From assembly GCA_965215885.1 (NCBI GenBank), contig CBDCEW010000066.1:1-35500 (forward strand): a stretch of DNA of 35,500 nt, in the 5' to 3' direction. How positions within the stretch are numbered: the stretch's first letter is position 1; every line of letters begins with the position of its first letter. This DNA comes from Candidatus Moanibacter sp. Its GTDB lineage: Bacteria; Verrucomicrobiota; Verrucomicrobiia; Opitutales; UBA2987. Both the position numbers and the translations under genes were made by a program. The notes beneath the pieces are model-generated. The model searched no databases. It had not been told where the DNA came from and worked only from the letters and a program-made list of their open reading frames with translations. This document shows positions 27,037 through 35,500 of this stretch, one piece after another.

Positions 27037-27385
27037 AGCTTATGCTGACCTCGTCCGTCGACATCTCGATTGGATGAGATCCGTTCTCACACGTGCCAGC
27101 GAAATAGCGGCAGTCAACCCGTTCGGATTATTCGGTACTTCCATCTCCGCTACCTGGCTCTATCGCGAACTCGAAGCGACGGGATATTCAGTTGACTTCT
27201 TTGTCGACGAAGATCCTAACAGATCCGGTAAACAATACATGGGAAAACCGGTCTATCGCCCGGAACAGGTACCCGTTGACGGCCGCGTTTTCCTGGTTTT
27301 GGCGTCTTCTCTCGCCACGTCCATCTTTGCTCGGCTTAAAAGCTCGGGAGGCGAGTATTTCGTTCCTCCGGAATACCAGGTCTAG
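27037..27385 (+). pseudogene. C-terminal remnant of a gene (probably a methyltransferase with a C-terminal Rossmann-like domain), 5' end removed at the IS boundary
   Basis: Frame is open from the IS end: AYADLVRRHLDWM...FGLFGTSISATWL...VDFFVDEDPNRSGKQYMGKPVYRP. Confidence 0.6.
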
Positions 27386-27628
27386 TCCCCGCAAGCCGGG
27401 ATCAGACTTATTCGAACTCTTTACATTCCCGGCATGCCGGGACTAGCCCGAACATTTCACACACTTCGTAGCGAGACCACGTAGATTGCTGCATATCAGA
27501 GCCTTTCCGCGGCACGGCGGGCGACAGCGTGTTGAGACCCTCTGCGGTCGCCGGGCAAGGGAAGGGATTGAGATGCAGTGATATCCGCGATCGCAGCAGG
27601 AGATTTATGAAATATTCGGGCTAGAAAC

Positions 27629-27794
27629 AAGAAAATGAACCTGAGATCTCTGGGAAGGAAGAGGAATCGTTGCACAGCAGTTATACTTTGAGCTACTTTT
27701 ACACGATCAACCCGAAAGCCACAGTATTTCATCATCAGAATCGTAGACGAAGAGGCAAATGACAGTATCTCTGAAATCTCAGGTTCATTTTCTT
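27629..27794. repeat. 166-bp MITE-like element with 22-bp inverted repeats
   Basis: AAGAAAATGAACCTGAGATCTC (27629-27650) versus GAAATCTCAGGTTCATTTTCTT (27773-27794), 21/22 match. Confidence 0.7.
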
Positions 27795-27850
27795 CCAAGG
27801 TCTCGGAGAATCTCCAGGCTGGTTTACGAAGCAAAGTTTAGAATAGTCGC

Positions 27851-28357
27851 ATGTTCATCGTGATCTTCGGAATCGGGCTTCTCGCCCTCGGCTTTGCCCT
27901 GCACTTGCTTTTCTGGCGCATCTACCTGCCGAAGAGGCAGATAAGGACGCTTCTTATCATTTTCGCAATCACGCTATTGGCCGGTCTAACGACGGGCAAT
28001 CTCCTCTTCCCCAACCAATTCTCTCCCTGGATATTCTGGAATAACTTTCACATCATACTGTTTTATGTTTCCACTTCTCTTGCCTATACGGCCCTCTATT
28101 CTGCAATCGAGGAAGACAGCCCTTCGCTATCGATCATAAAATTCGTCCATGCCGCGGGGAGTGAGGGGAGAAGCCGTGAGGAGATTGCTGGATTGATAAC
28201 CAATGATATTCTGGTCGAATCGCGTGTAGGGGCCCTCTTGCGAGACGCACTGGTAAGGGAGGAGGGCGATCACCTCGAATTGTCCCGACGGGGTCTGGTC
28301 ATCGCACGTTCCTTCAGAGCGGTCGCAACGGTTCTCAATTTGAGGAAAGGAGGATAG
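27851..28357 (+). CDS. Hypothetical membrane protein: 3 TM helices + C-terminal winged-helix-like domain
   Basis: Three hydrophobic segments, then SPSLSII...GRSREEI...SRVGALLRDALVREEGDHLELSRRG. Confidence 0.75.
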   Translation: MFIVIFGIGLLALGFALHLLFWRIYLPKRQIRTLLIIFAITLLAGLTTGNLLFPNQFSPWIFWNNFHIILFYVSTSLAYTALYSAIEEDSPSLSIIKFVHAAGSEGRSREEIAGLITNDILVESRVGALLRDALVREEGDHLELSRRGLVIARSFRAVATVLNLRKGG

Positions 28358-28386
28358 TAATTTCCGCATTAGGAGACTTCGGCGCT

Positions 28387-28914
28387 TTGGCCCTGGCACC
28401 CCTGATTGGGCTCCTGCTCAACGCTCTTCTCTTTCTGCTACTGGCAAGAATACTTCCGGGGGATAGACCCCTGGTAACAGTGGTCTTTGCCTTTATATTT
28501 GGCCTCATCTCCCAATTCCTGCTAACCCACCTCGCCCTTCATGCGCAGACGAGCGAGGTATTGGTCTACCTCGCTTATTCTACGTCCAATTTCCTGACCT
28601 ACCTTTCATTGGGATTCGGGTTCTTCGTTTTTGTGAATCTAAACATCGCGTCGATACGGCTGCGCGTTCTTCGAGAAATTCTGGAATCCGGCACACAGAG
28701 AGTTACAATCGACACTCTTCTCTCCCTATACGACGCAAACGAGATGGTTCAATCGCGCATCACCCGGTTAGTGCAAGGAGGGCATCTGGCGGAAAGAAAT
28801 GGGCGTTATTATTCCGGCAAACTCACCTTTCTGATCATTGCCAGGATAATGGACTTCCTGAAAGCAGTCATATTCGGAAAAAAGTGGTCCGGCCCCCACC
28901 TGCGTCAGTCCTGA
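28387..28914 (+). CDS. Hypothetical membrane protein: 3 TM helices + C-terminal winged-helix-like domain (distant paralog of the upstream gene)
   Basis: RBS AGGAG before TTG. SIRLRVLREI...YDANEMVQSRITRLVQGGHLAERNGRY. Confidence 0.75.
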   Translation: MALAPLIGLLLNALLFLLLARILPGDRPLVTVVFAFIFGLISQFLLTHLALHAQTSEVLVYLAYSTSNFLTYLSLGFGFFVFVNLNIASIRLRVLREILESGTQRVTIDTLLSLYDANEMVQSRITRLVQGGHLAERNGRYYSGKLTFLIIARIMDFLKAVIFGKKWSGPHLRQS

Positions 28915-29055
28915 ATATTCTGAATCGAAGTGTGTAGCGGAAAGCGGAAGCATTTCGTCCTGCAACATCCATAGGGGAATGTTTGTATCCTTGCCTGGCC
29001 GGCCGATTCCAGCGACAGTGGAGACAGTCAAATTTATCCCAGCGAATGTCGAACC

Positions 29056-29796
29056 ATGGAGAGAGAACAGAACCGTCAGTCAGAGATCCATATAACCTTC
29101 ATTGTAGCCTGCTACAATGAAGAAGAGAATATTATCGGCACGCTCGATACGCTGCTTTCCGCGCTCAATGAAGTCGAATGCTCCTGGGAGATTATCGTCA
29201 TCGATGATGGTTCGGCCGATGGAAGCCCCGCTCTTGTCGAGCAGTATATCGAGGACCACTCGGAACTCCCTGTTTCTCTCAAAATCAATGCGGTCAATAA
29301 CGGTCTTGCACAGAACTATATCGACGGAGCATTTCTGGGCAAAGGGAAGTACTATCGCCTTATATGCGGAGATGACGTCGAGTCAAAAGAGACCCTCGTG
29401 AATCTGCTCAATCACCTGGGAGAAGCGGATATGATCATTGCCGATCAGGTGGAGTGCGCAGGTAAGGCGCTGCACCGAAGAATGCTGTCAAAGACTTACA
29501 CGGCGATCGTGAATTTCCTCAGTGGTTATAAAATCAGCTACTATAATGGGCTTGCCATCCATTTAAGATATAACGTTATGCGTTGGCACACCAACTACCG
29601 AGGCTTCGGATTTCAGGCCGACATGATTACACGTCTGCTGGACGAAGGGGTCGACTACCTGGAAGTCGAAACCAGAGCCACTGAACGCAAGGCTGGAACT
29701 TCCACGGCGCTCACCGTTAGAAATCTGCTCTCAGTCGCGCATTTCTTCCTCGACCTGACGATTCGCAGGATTGGTAAAATTCTATTTGAACGCTAG
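29056..29796 (+). CDS. Glycosyltransferase family 2 (DPM/DPG-synthase-like)
   Basis: IVACYNEEENI, VIDDGSAD, CGDD and ERKAGTS. Confidence 0.9.
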   Translation: MEREQNRQSEIHITFIVACYNEEENIIGTLDTLLSALNEVECSWEIIVIDDGSADGSPALVEQYIEDHSELPVSLKINAVNNGLAQNYIDGAFLGKGKYYRLICGDDVESKETLVNLLNHLGEADMIIADQVECAGKALHRRMLSKTYTAIVNFLSGYKISYYNGLAIHLRYNVMRWHTNYRGFGFQADMITRLLDEGVDYLEVETRATERKAGTSTALTVRNLLSVAHFFLDLTIRRIGKILFER

Positions 29797-29948
29797 TGAG
29801 GAAAGTGAAGGTGCCCGCGAAACATCCCGGCAAGCCGGGACGAAAGGGAGCGCGGTAAGAGAGTCGGAAACAGGGAGTGCGCGAGAGGTCTTGAGTTTTC
29901 GAGAAGAAGGGGTCAAGAATCAAGGACAGCTAATCGAAATCGAACCAA

Positions 29949-30110
29949 GTCATTGCGAGGAAGAATGACGAAGCAATCCAGAATTAGCCTTCTGAGTTTC
30001 TGGATTGCCACGGTCTGACAGTTTCGTACTCCTCGACCACGTTCTTGCGAACGCGGCTACAAATATTAACGACTTACGAGATCTTGTAGCCGCGTTCGCA
30101 AGAATGTGGG
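29949..30110. repeat. Truncated GTCATTGCGAGG palindromic element followed by a GTAG-REP doublet
   Basis: 29949-30017 matches 16050-16118 at 66/69. CCACGTTCTTGCGAACGCGGCTAC ... GTAGCCGCGTTCGCAAGAATGTGG (30037-30109) matches 16276-16299. Confidence 0.85.
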
Positions 30111-30164
30111 GGTTTGTCACCGGAATCTGAAAGACTGGTTGTGCGCTTTTTGCATCGGGCAACC

Positions 30165-31280
30165 TCAACTCCCGTAGACCGGTTTGGCGCTGTAGACGAT
30201 AAAGCGATACCAATAATAGAGATAGAAGATCGTGGCCAGGAGGGCGAGAGTCTTGGAGGTGTGGATGGAAAACCCGATATCGGCAAGCGTTGCGGTGGCG
30301 GAAAAATCGACTACCGCGGCGGTCACCAAGGCAGCACCGTGTATGACAGGCTCTATTGCCGATGTCCATCGACTGTGCTTACGAAAGAGGAGAGGAGACA
30401 CACACCCTGCCTGAAAACTGGCGTAGATGAGAAACGAGATCACAACGGCCCTGGGAACCTCCACTGCATTAGTCGTCAGAAATTTGAATACTCCCAAGTT
30501 CAGCAAGAGGCCGAGGAGATTGAAGAGCGAGAAGTAGAGCAGTTGAAGAGGAATTGGTGCTCTATATGCGTTATAGCGGAATATACAGTGAAGAGCGCGG
30601 AATCCATCGGCGACGCCGATCTTTTTTCCTTCTTCGTAGGTGCGTCCTGAATAAGTAATTCCGACCTCGTAAATACGGGGGCGCCTTTCAGCTATTTTGG
30701 CTATGATTTCCGGCTCTATCCCGAATCGGTCCTCGCAGAATTCAATATCCTCGAGAAAATCGCGTTTGAAGACCTTGTAACAGGCTTCGACGTCCGTGAG
30801 GTTGAGATCGGTCAACATATTGCTGAGAAAAGTAATGAGTCGATTACCTACAGAGTGCCAGAAATAGAGGACCCTGTGAGCATCACCAGTGAGAAAACGC
30901 GAACCAACGACTACGTCGGCCCGATCTTCTTTTACCAAATCAATCATCTTCTTCAAATCGCGAGGGTCATACTCCAAGTCCGCATCTTGCACCGCGACAA
31001 TATCGCCTTTTGCCTCCTTGTATCCTGTTCTCAAAGCCGCCCCTTTACCCCGATTCTTTGGATGCAGGGAGGCCCTCACATTCGCATATTCGCGGCTCAG
31101 CTCTTTTGCTATCTGTCCACAGCCGTCGGTCGAGCCATCATCCACAATGTGAATGTCAAGCCTCGTTGTTGCCTCCTCGATGGCTCGAAGCCGCTCCACA
31201 ATGGCACGCAGGGTCTGCCTCTCGTTATAACAAGGCACGATCACTGTCACGGTGGTCGAATTTTCTTCGCCTTCGGCCAT
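30165..31280 (-). CDS. Glycosyltransferase family 2 (polyprenol-phosphate sugar synthase-like) fused to a GtrA-like membrane domain
   Basis: IVPCYNE, VDDGSTDG, NRGKGAA, QDADLEYDP, RFGIEPE and EGKKIG, followed by four hydrophobic C-terminal helices. Confidence 0.9.
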   Translation of the reverse strand: MAEGEENSTTVTVIVPCYNERQTLRAIVERLRAIEEATTRLDIHIVDDGSTDGCGQIAKELSREYANVRASLHPKNRGKGAALRTGYKEAKGDIVAVQDADLEYDPRDLKKMIDLVKEDRADVVVGSRFLTGDAHRVLYFWHSVGNRLITFLSNMLTDLNLTDVEACYKVFKRDFLEDIEFCEDRFGIEPEIIAKIAERRPRIYEVGITYSGRTYEEGKKIGVADGFRALHCIFRYNAYRAPIPLQLLYFSLFNLLGLLLNLGVFKFLTTNAVEVPRAVVISFLIYASFQAGCVSPLLFRKHSRWTSAIEPVIHGAALVTAAVVDFSATATLADIGFSIHTSKTLALLATIFYLYYWYRFIVYSAKPVYGS

Positions 31281-31429
31281 TTTCGAGGCTGAATCGTCTT
31301 TCTATTTCTTCACCTCTGTCAATTTAATGTTTGGCTTTTCCCGCTGATTGGTATTTCCTATAAACCTTTACGCCGCTCTCCGAAGACTCTCAATGGGCGG
31401 CGAATATTGACATAACCATCACAGGCACA

Positions 31430-31906
31430 ATGACGAGAAAGGCCTTTGGAATCACGCTCATCACAGGCACCGTGCTGGCGCTTGGGGTGGCCACTGCGCA
31501 ATTCGACAACCTGCAGATCGAAGACGCTCCCGAACCACAGGCCGAGCAAAAGGCTCAGCAGAAAAAGCTCGTGCGCGTCTGTTCGTTAAACAACGTCCAG
31601 GCAAACCAGGAATTCCAGCGCAATGTGCGCCTGGTGCAGTCTCAACGCCAGCAGGCCATACAATTGAACAACCAGATCGAGAACGCGTCTTCTCCTGAAG
31701 AAAAGAAGCAGTTTCAACAACAGCTGGACAGCATTATGGCCAAGCTAAATGAGAACAACCAGAAGATGATCAAGACCTACGGTTTCTCTCTTACCCGCAA
31801 TTACACCGTAGTGGTGGAGACGGCACACGTCTACATGTTTGTGTCAGACAAGGAAGCAGTCCGCTATCAAGCCAAGCAAAATCCGCAACAGAATACTCAG
31901 AACTAG
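31430..31906 (+). CDS. Exported hypothetical protein (Sec signal peptide), Gln/Asn-rich helical hairpin
   Basis: Signal peptide ending ATA-Q. Shares a 99-aa gapless domain with the next gene. Confidence 0.85.
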   Translation: MTRKAFGITLITGTVLALGVATAQFDNLQIEDAPEPQAEQKAQQKKLVRVCSLNNVQANQEFQRNVRLVQSQRQQAIQLNNQIENASSPEEKKQFQQQLDSIMAKLNENNQKMIKTYGFSLTRNYTVVVETAHVYMFVSDKEAVRYQAKQNPQQNTQN

Positions 31907-31953
31907 CGTCGTGTGTTGACCTGATAGCAGAGTAATTTCGACCACATATCTCC

Positions 31954-32463
31954 ATGCACATGAATTCAAGGATCACCTTCACCCTTCTGACCGCATTTCT
32001 ACTGGGTCTGACGGCATGCGCCAAGCGGGGAGCGACCGAACAACAGGAGGCCGCCGGAGCATCGGCCCAGCCGGCCCCGGCACCCCAGGCCCCCGGCCGG
32101 CAGGTCGCGGATGTCGCGCAGAGCGGTCAGCGAAAATTAATCCGCGTTTCCTCAATCAACGGGATACAATCTAACGCCGAGTTTCAACGGAATGTGCAGT
32201 TGGTTCAGACTCAACGGCAGAACATCATCAATTTGAATAATCAACTTGAAGAGGCGGAGGATGCTACCGCCCGCCAGAACATTCAGGCCAAAATCGATCG
32301 GGCTTTGGCGAAACTCAACGCGAATAACAAGAAGATGTTGAAGACCTACGGCTTTTCTCTCACCCGCAATTATATGTACGTCTACGAAAAAGCGCACGTA
32401 TACATGCAGGTTTCGGACAAGGAGGCGGCACGCATCCAGGCCGTGCAGCAGAAAGGGAAGTGA
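31954..32463 (+). CDS. Hypothetical lipoprotein, paralog of the upstream gene
   Basis: Lipobox LTAC, Pro/Ala linker, and the shared EFQRNV...KTYGFSLTRNY...AHVYM.VSDKEA domain. Confidence 0.85.
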   Translation: MHMNSRITFTLLTAFLLGLTACAKRGATEQQEAAGASAQPAPAPQAPGRQVADVAQSGQRKLIRVSSINGIQSNAEFQRNVQLVQTQRQNIINLNNQLEEAEDATARQNIQAKIDRALAKLNANNKKMLKTYGFSLTRNYMYVYEKAHVYMQVSDKEAARIQAVQQKGK

Positions 32464-32469
32464 GTACGA

Positions 32470-33230
32470 GGCTTACGACGAAATTTGGGAGGTGCTTTAT
32501 CGCCCCGTGAGGGAAACTTTGTCGCGAGCTTTGTCGTCAACTTTATCGTCCCCTCCGCCCGATCCCTCGACCAAGTTTGCGACTAAGTATACGATTAAGT
32601 TTGGAGGGTGCTTCTTCCGCCCGTAAGGGAAACTTCGTCGCGAGCTTTGTCGTCAACTTCGTCGAGAGATTGTACCACAAACTTACGACAGAGGAAGTTC
32701 TGGTAAACGCTCCGCCTGTAAGCACAAAGATAACTCAAACCCATCTCTCGCATCGAAACGCTCCCGCCTGCTGACGCCCCGCTGAGCGGTGCTCTACCAC
32801 CGAAAATCGACTACCAAAACCCCCTATACTTTTCCCATCGAACCCCAAACCCCCTTCTCCCATTCCCCATTTCGCCGGTTCCTCCTCTTTCCATCCGCAT
32901 TCGTTGCCCTTCATTCATTCGTTGCAGATTTTTCCCCTTTCGCCTGATTCGCGTGTTTAGCGGGCCTACCTCTTCGAGCATCCTTGCTCAAACTTCGTCA
33001 TAAACTTTATAGAGAAATCGACCCAAAACAGCGACAGAGTTGACGACGAAGCTCGCGACAAAGTTTACGACGAAGCTCCCGACAAAGAGAAGATCTGGTA
33101 TTCGCTCTACCTCAGACCACAACTCATCCGTTGCTGTCCTTGCATCCGTTGCAATATCTCCCCCTACTTGCTCGCCATAGTCCCGCTGAGCGGGAGCGAC
33201 GGCAGCTCGCGTGTTTAGCGGGCAAACCCC
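32470..33230. repeat. Intergenic repeat mosaic between convergent genes
   Basis: Two near-tandem copies of AGGGAAACTT(T/C)GTCGCGAGCTTTGTCGTCAACTT (about 32510 and 32626), an inverted copy near 33040-33085, TCGCGTGTTTAGCGGGC twice (about 32950 and 33207) and the 28-mer shared with 23243. Confidence 0.78.
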
Positions 33231-33233
33231 TCT

Positions 33234-35456
33234 TTACTGCATTCCTGAGCGCTCTTCGGCGGCCTCATCGACAAGATCAGCCTCTTCCAATTCGGGATAA
33301 GAGATGGCAACCAGAGTCTTATCGTTGAGCAGTTGAAGGTAGTCGGCTGCGATTGCCAACGCCTCCCTCAACATTATATCGTCTTCCAGGGATGGCCTTT
33401 TGTCATCCTCTTTTGTTTCGCTTTCCTCTTCCTTGGAGGAGGAATCATCAGAAGCAATGGCTTTTTCATCCGCGGCGTGTTCGTCATCTCCTGCATCAGA
33501 AACGGGCTCCTCATCAATTTCGGACACCCGGTCCAAGCCGGCCTCGTCCCCGTCTTTCTCTTCCAGGTCACTTGCCTCAAGGCCGCTCTCCGATTTTTCC
33601 TCAACCTCTACTTTCAAACTGATGCGAGTGCGTTCCTCCCCTTTCTCCCGATACTCTTTAAGATCCTCGGATATTTTCTGAAAATCCTTATCCAGCTCGA
33701 CGCGATCGGCGCTGGCGCCGTTTAACGAATCCAGGTAGCCTGAGACGAGGGAAAAGCGTGCAAAGTCGGCTTCTTCAATCTTGTTCCAGGGTAATACATA
33801 GTCATAGAATTTTTCACCGATCTTGTACTCATCGACGATATTGGGCAGAACAATATCGGATTCGACTCCTTTCAACTGTGTGCTTGATCCGGAAGGCCTG
33901 AAGAACTGACTGATCGTCACTTTCACAGCACCGAGTTTGCCTTTACGCACCTCGTTAACTTTCTGCACGGTTCCCTTGCCGAAACTATGGGAATCGCCTA
34001 TAATCAAACCGCGCCCATAGTCCTGGATGGCCCCTGCGAAAATCTCACTGGAGCTGGCGGAATTACGATTTATCAGAATGATGAGGGGACCGTCATAATA
34101 GGTTTGGTTATCGGCGTCGGCCAGAATCTGAATTCTCCCTTCTGTACTCTTCACCTGAACAACAGGGCCGTAATCGAAGAAAAGGCCGGCAATGTTTACC
34201 GCTTCGTCGAGACTGCCTCCCGAATTACCGCGCAAATCCACGACCAGAGCGTCGATCTTCTCCAATCCAAGTTTATCGATAAGAGAGCGCACGTCCGCGG
34301 ATGAGCTTCTAAACACCTCCTCCTTTTTATTTCGCGCCGCGAAATCCAAATAAAACGATGGTAGCTTTATGAGCCCGATTCTGTATTCCCGGGCCGAAAT
34401 GGGATTTTCATGCACCTCGACTAAATAGGTATAAGTCTTCGCCTCGCGGTCATTCAACTCGATCTTGTCCCGCACTATGGCGATCTCCAATTGATTGGTC
34501 CCGTCCTTCTCTTCGCGCTCGATAAAAAGGCGCACTTCCTTACCGCGCTCTCCTCGAATCATCTTAACGACATTGCGCAGCTTCATATCGATCACATCGA
34601 CCGGCTCTTCGTTCTTCTGCGCCACAGCCACGATGGTATCAGCCACTTTCAGTTCTCCGGCTTTATCGGCCGGTCCGTCGGGTACAAGCCTTTGCACGGT
34701 GGTGATGCCATATTCACTTCGGAGCACCGCGCCGATACCTTCAAGAGAGAGGGCGGTGGAGATGCGAAAGTCCTCCAGGTCGTCGGGCGACATATAGCTG
34801 GTATGGGGATCGAGGCTCTTGGAGAAGGCATTTAGAAAAATCGAGGCCACCTCGACGCTATCCAATTCCTTGAGGTACTTCTCCGCCAGTTCATATCTTT
34901 TGTGCAGCCTTTCACGCGCTTTGGGCAGCTCGCCGTAACGCTTCTTCAACCTCATCAACTGATATTTCACATTCCCTCGCCAGCGCTCGTTCAGTTCATC
35001 CTCAGTCTCCAACCACTCCCGCTTCTTTCGATCGATATCGAAATACTCATCGATCGAGAAATCGTGCTCAGCCTCTATCCAATCAGCGATAACCGGTTGC
35101 CGTTCCTCATACCGCTTACCGTATCGACGCAACACTGCATTGAGCGCTCTGCAATCGGAAGCGAGGATCCTGTTGTCCAGTTCCGTGCCATAGCTAGCGC
35201 GAATTTCCTCCAAGTCCCTTTTGAGAAAATGCATCTTCCCCGGATCGAGTGCCTTGAAGAAGTTTTCAAGCGTACGTCTGCTGATTTCATCGTCAAATGC
35301 CTCCGTGGCATAATGCATCTTCACATAGACGCCGATGAATTGGCTGATCTGATTACAATTGATTCCGAATCCGGGCAAACAGGATGCGAACAGAAGAATC
35401 AGTGTCGTCGGTAGGCGCGACCAGTGCGCCTTAGGGAGTCTTTTGAATACTGGCAT
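33234..35456 (-). CDS. prc: Carboxy-terminal processing (tail-specific) protease Prc/Tsp, peptidase S41A
   Basis: LDPHTSYM, PDZ GIGAVL, DLRGNSGG, SASSSEIF (Ser), FGKGTVQ (Lys) and GSSTQLKGVESDI. Confidence 0.93.
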   Translation of the reverse strand: MPVFKRLPKAHWSRLPTTLILLFASCLPGFGINCNQISQFIGVYVKMHYATEAFDDEISRRTLENFFKALDPGKMHFLKRDLEEIRASYGTELDNRILASDCRALNAVLRRYGKRYEERQPVIADWIEAEHDFSIDEYFDIDRKKREWLETEDELNERWRGNVKYQLMRLKKRYGELPKARERLHKRYELAEKYLKELDSVEVASIFLNAFSKSLDPHTSYMSPDDLEDFRISTALSLEGIGAVLRSEYGITTVQRLVPDGPADKAGELKVADTIVAVAQKNEEPVDVIDMKLRNVVKMIRGERGKEVRLFIEREEKDGTNQLEIAIVRDKIELNDREAKTYTYLVEVHENPISAREYRIGLIKLPSFYLDFAARNKKEEVFRSSSADVRSLIDKLGLEKIDALVVDLRGNSGGSLDEAVNIAGLFFDYGPVVQVKSTEGRIQILADADNQTYYDGPLIILINRNSASSSEIFAGAIQDYGRGLIIGDSHSFGKGTVQKVNEVRKGKLGAVKVTISQFFRPSGSSTQLKGVESDIVLPNIVDEYKIGEKFYDYVLPWNKIEEADFARFSLVSGYLDSLNGASADRVELDKDFQKISEDLKEYREKGEERTRISLKVEVEEKSESGLEASDLEEKDGDEAGLDRVSEIDEEPVSDAGDDEHAADEKAIASDDSSSKEEESETKEDDKRPSLEDDIMLREALAIAADYLQLLNDKTLVAISYPELEEADLVDEAAEERSGMQ

Positions 35457-35500
35457 AAAATCTCAAAGACAGCATATAGCACAAAATGTCACGGAAGAAA

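Noticed and set aside
27496..27834. 112-aa minus-strand ORF
   Set aside because: It spans the 22-bp IR element, opposes the cluster's orientation and has no recognisable motif.

Overview
Bacterial DNA (PVC-superphylum-like character is my impression only) that is heavily colonised by mobile elements. From 1 to 12.5 kb, a 5'-partial sulfatase converges on a six-gene minus-strand operon: large polytopic membrane protein with helical C-terminus, sulfotransferase, two alkaline-phosphatase-superfamily phosphodiesterases, a 63-aa protein ending in an LGY motif, and a DUF106/EMC3-TMCO1-like membrane protein. Three of the six genes are broken, by an IS4, an ISL3 and a 95-bp IS200/IS605-type mini element, and two also carry frameshifts. 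From 12.9 to 31.3 kb lies a surface-polysaccharide/unusual-sugar cluster: DedA/TVP38, GmhA-like isomerase, two NDP-sugar epimerase/dehydratases (one split by an IS), nucleotidyltransferase-PfkB kinase, Zn-dehydrogenase, transketolase, two TM+winged-helix proteins and two GT2s. A large IS at 24264-27036 marks a probable deletion in this cluster and itself holds nested insertions. From 31.4 to 35.5 kb are two paralogous exported proteins of unknown function and a Prc/Tsp protease. Intergenic DNA is a mosaic of palindromic REP/MITE-like repeats. I recognised no rRNA, tRNA or CRISPR array. All family assignments come from motif reading, not database searches.
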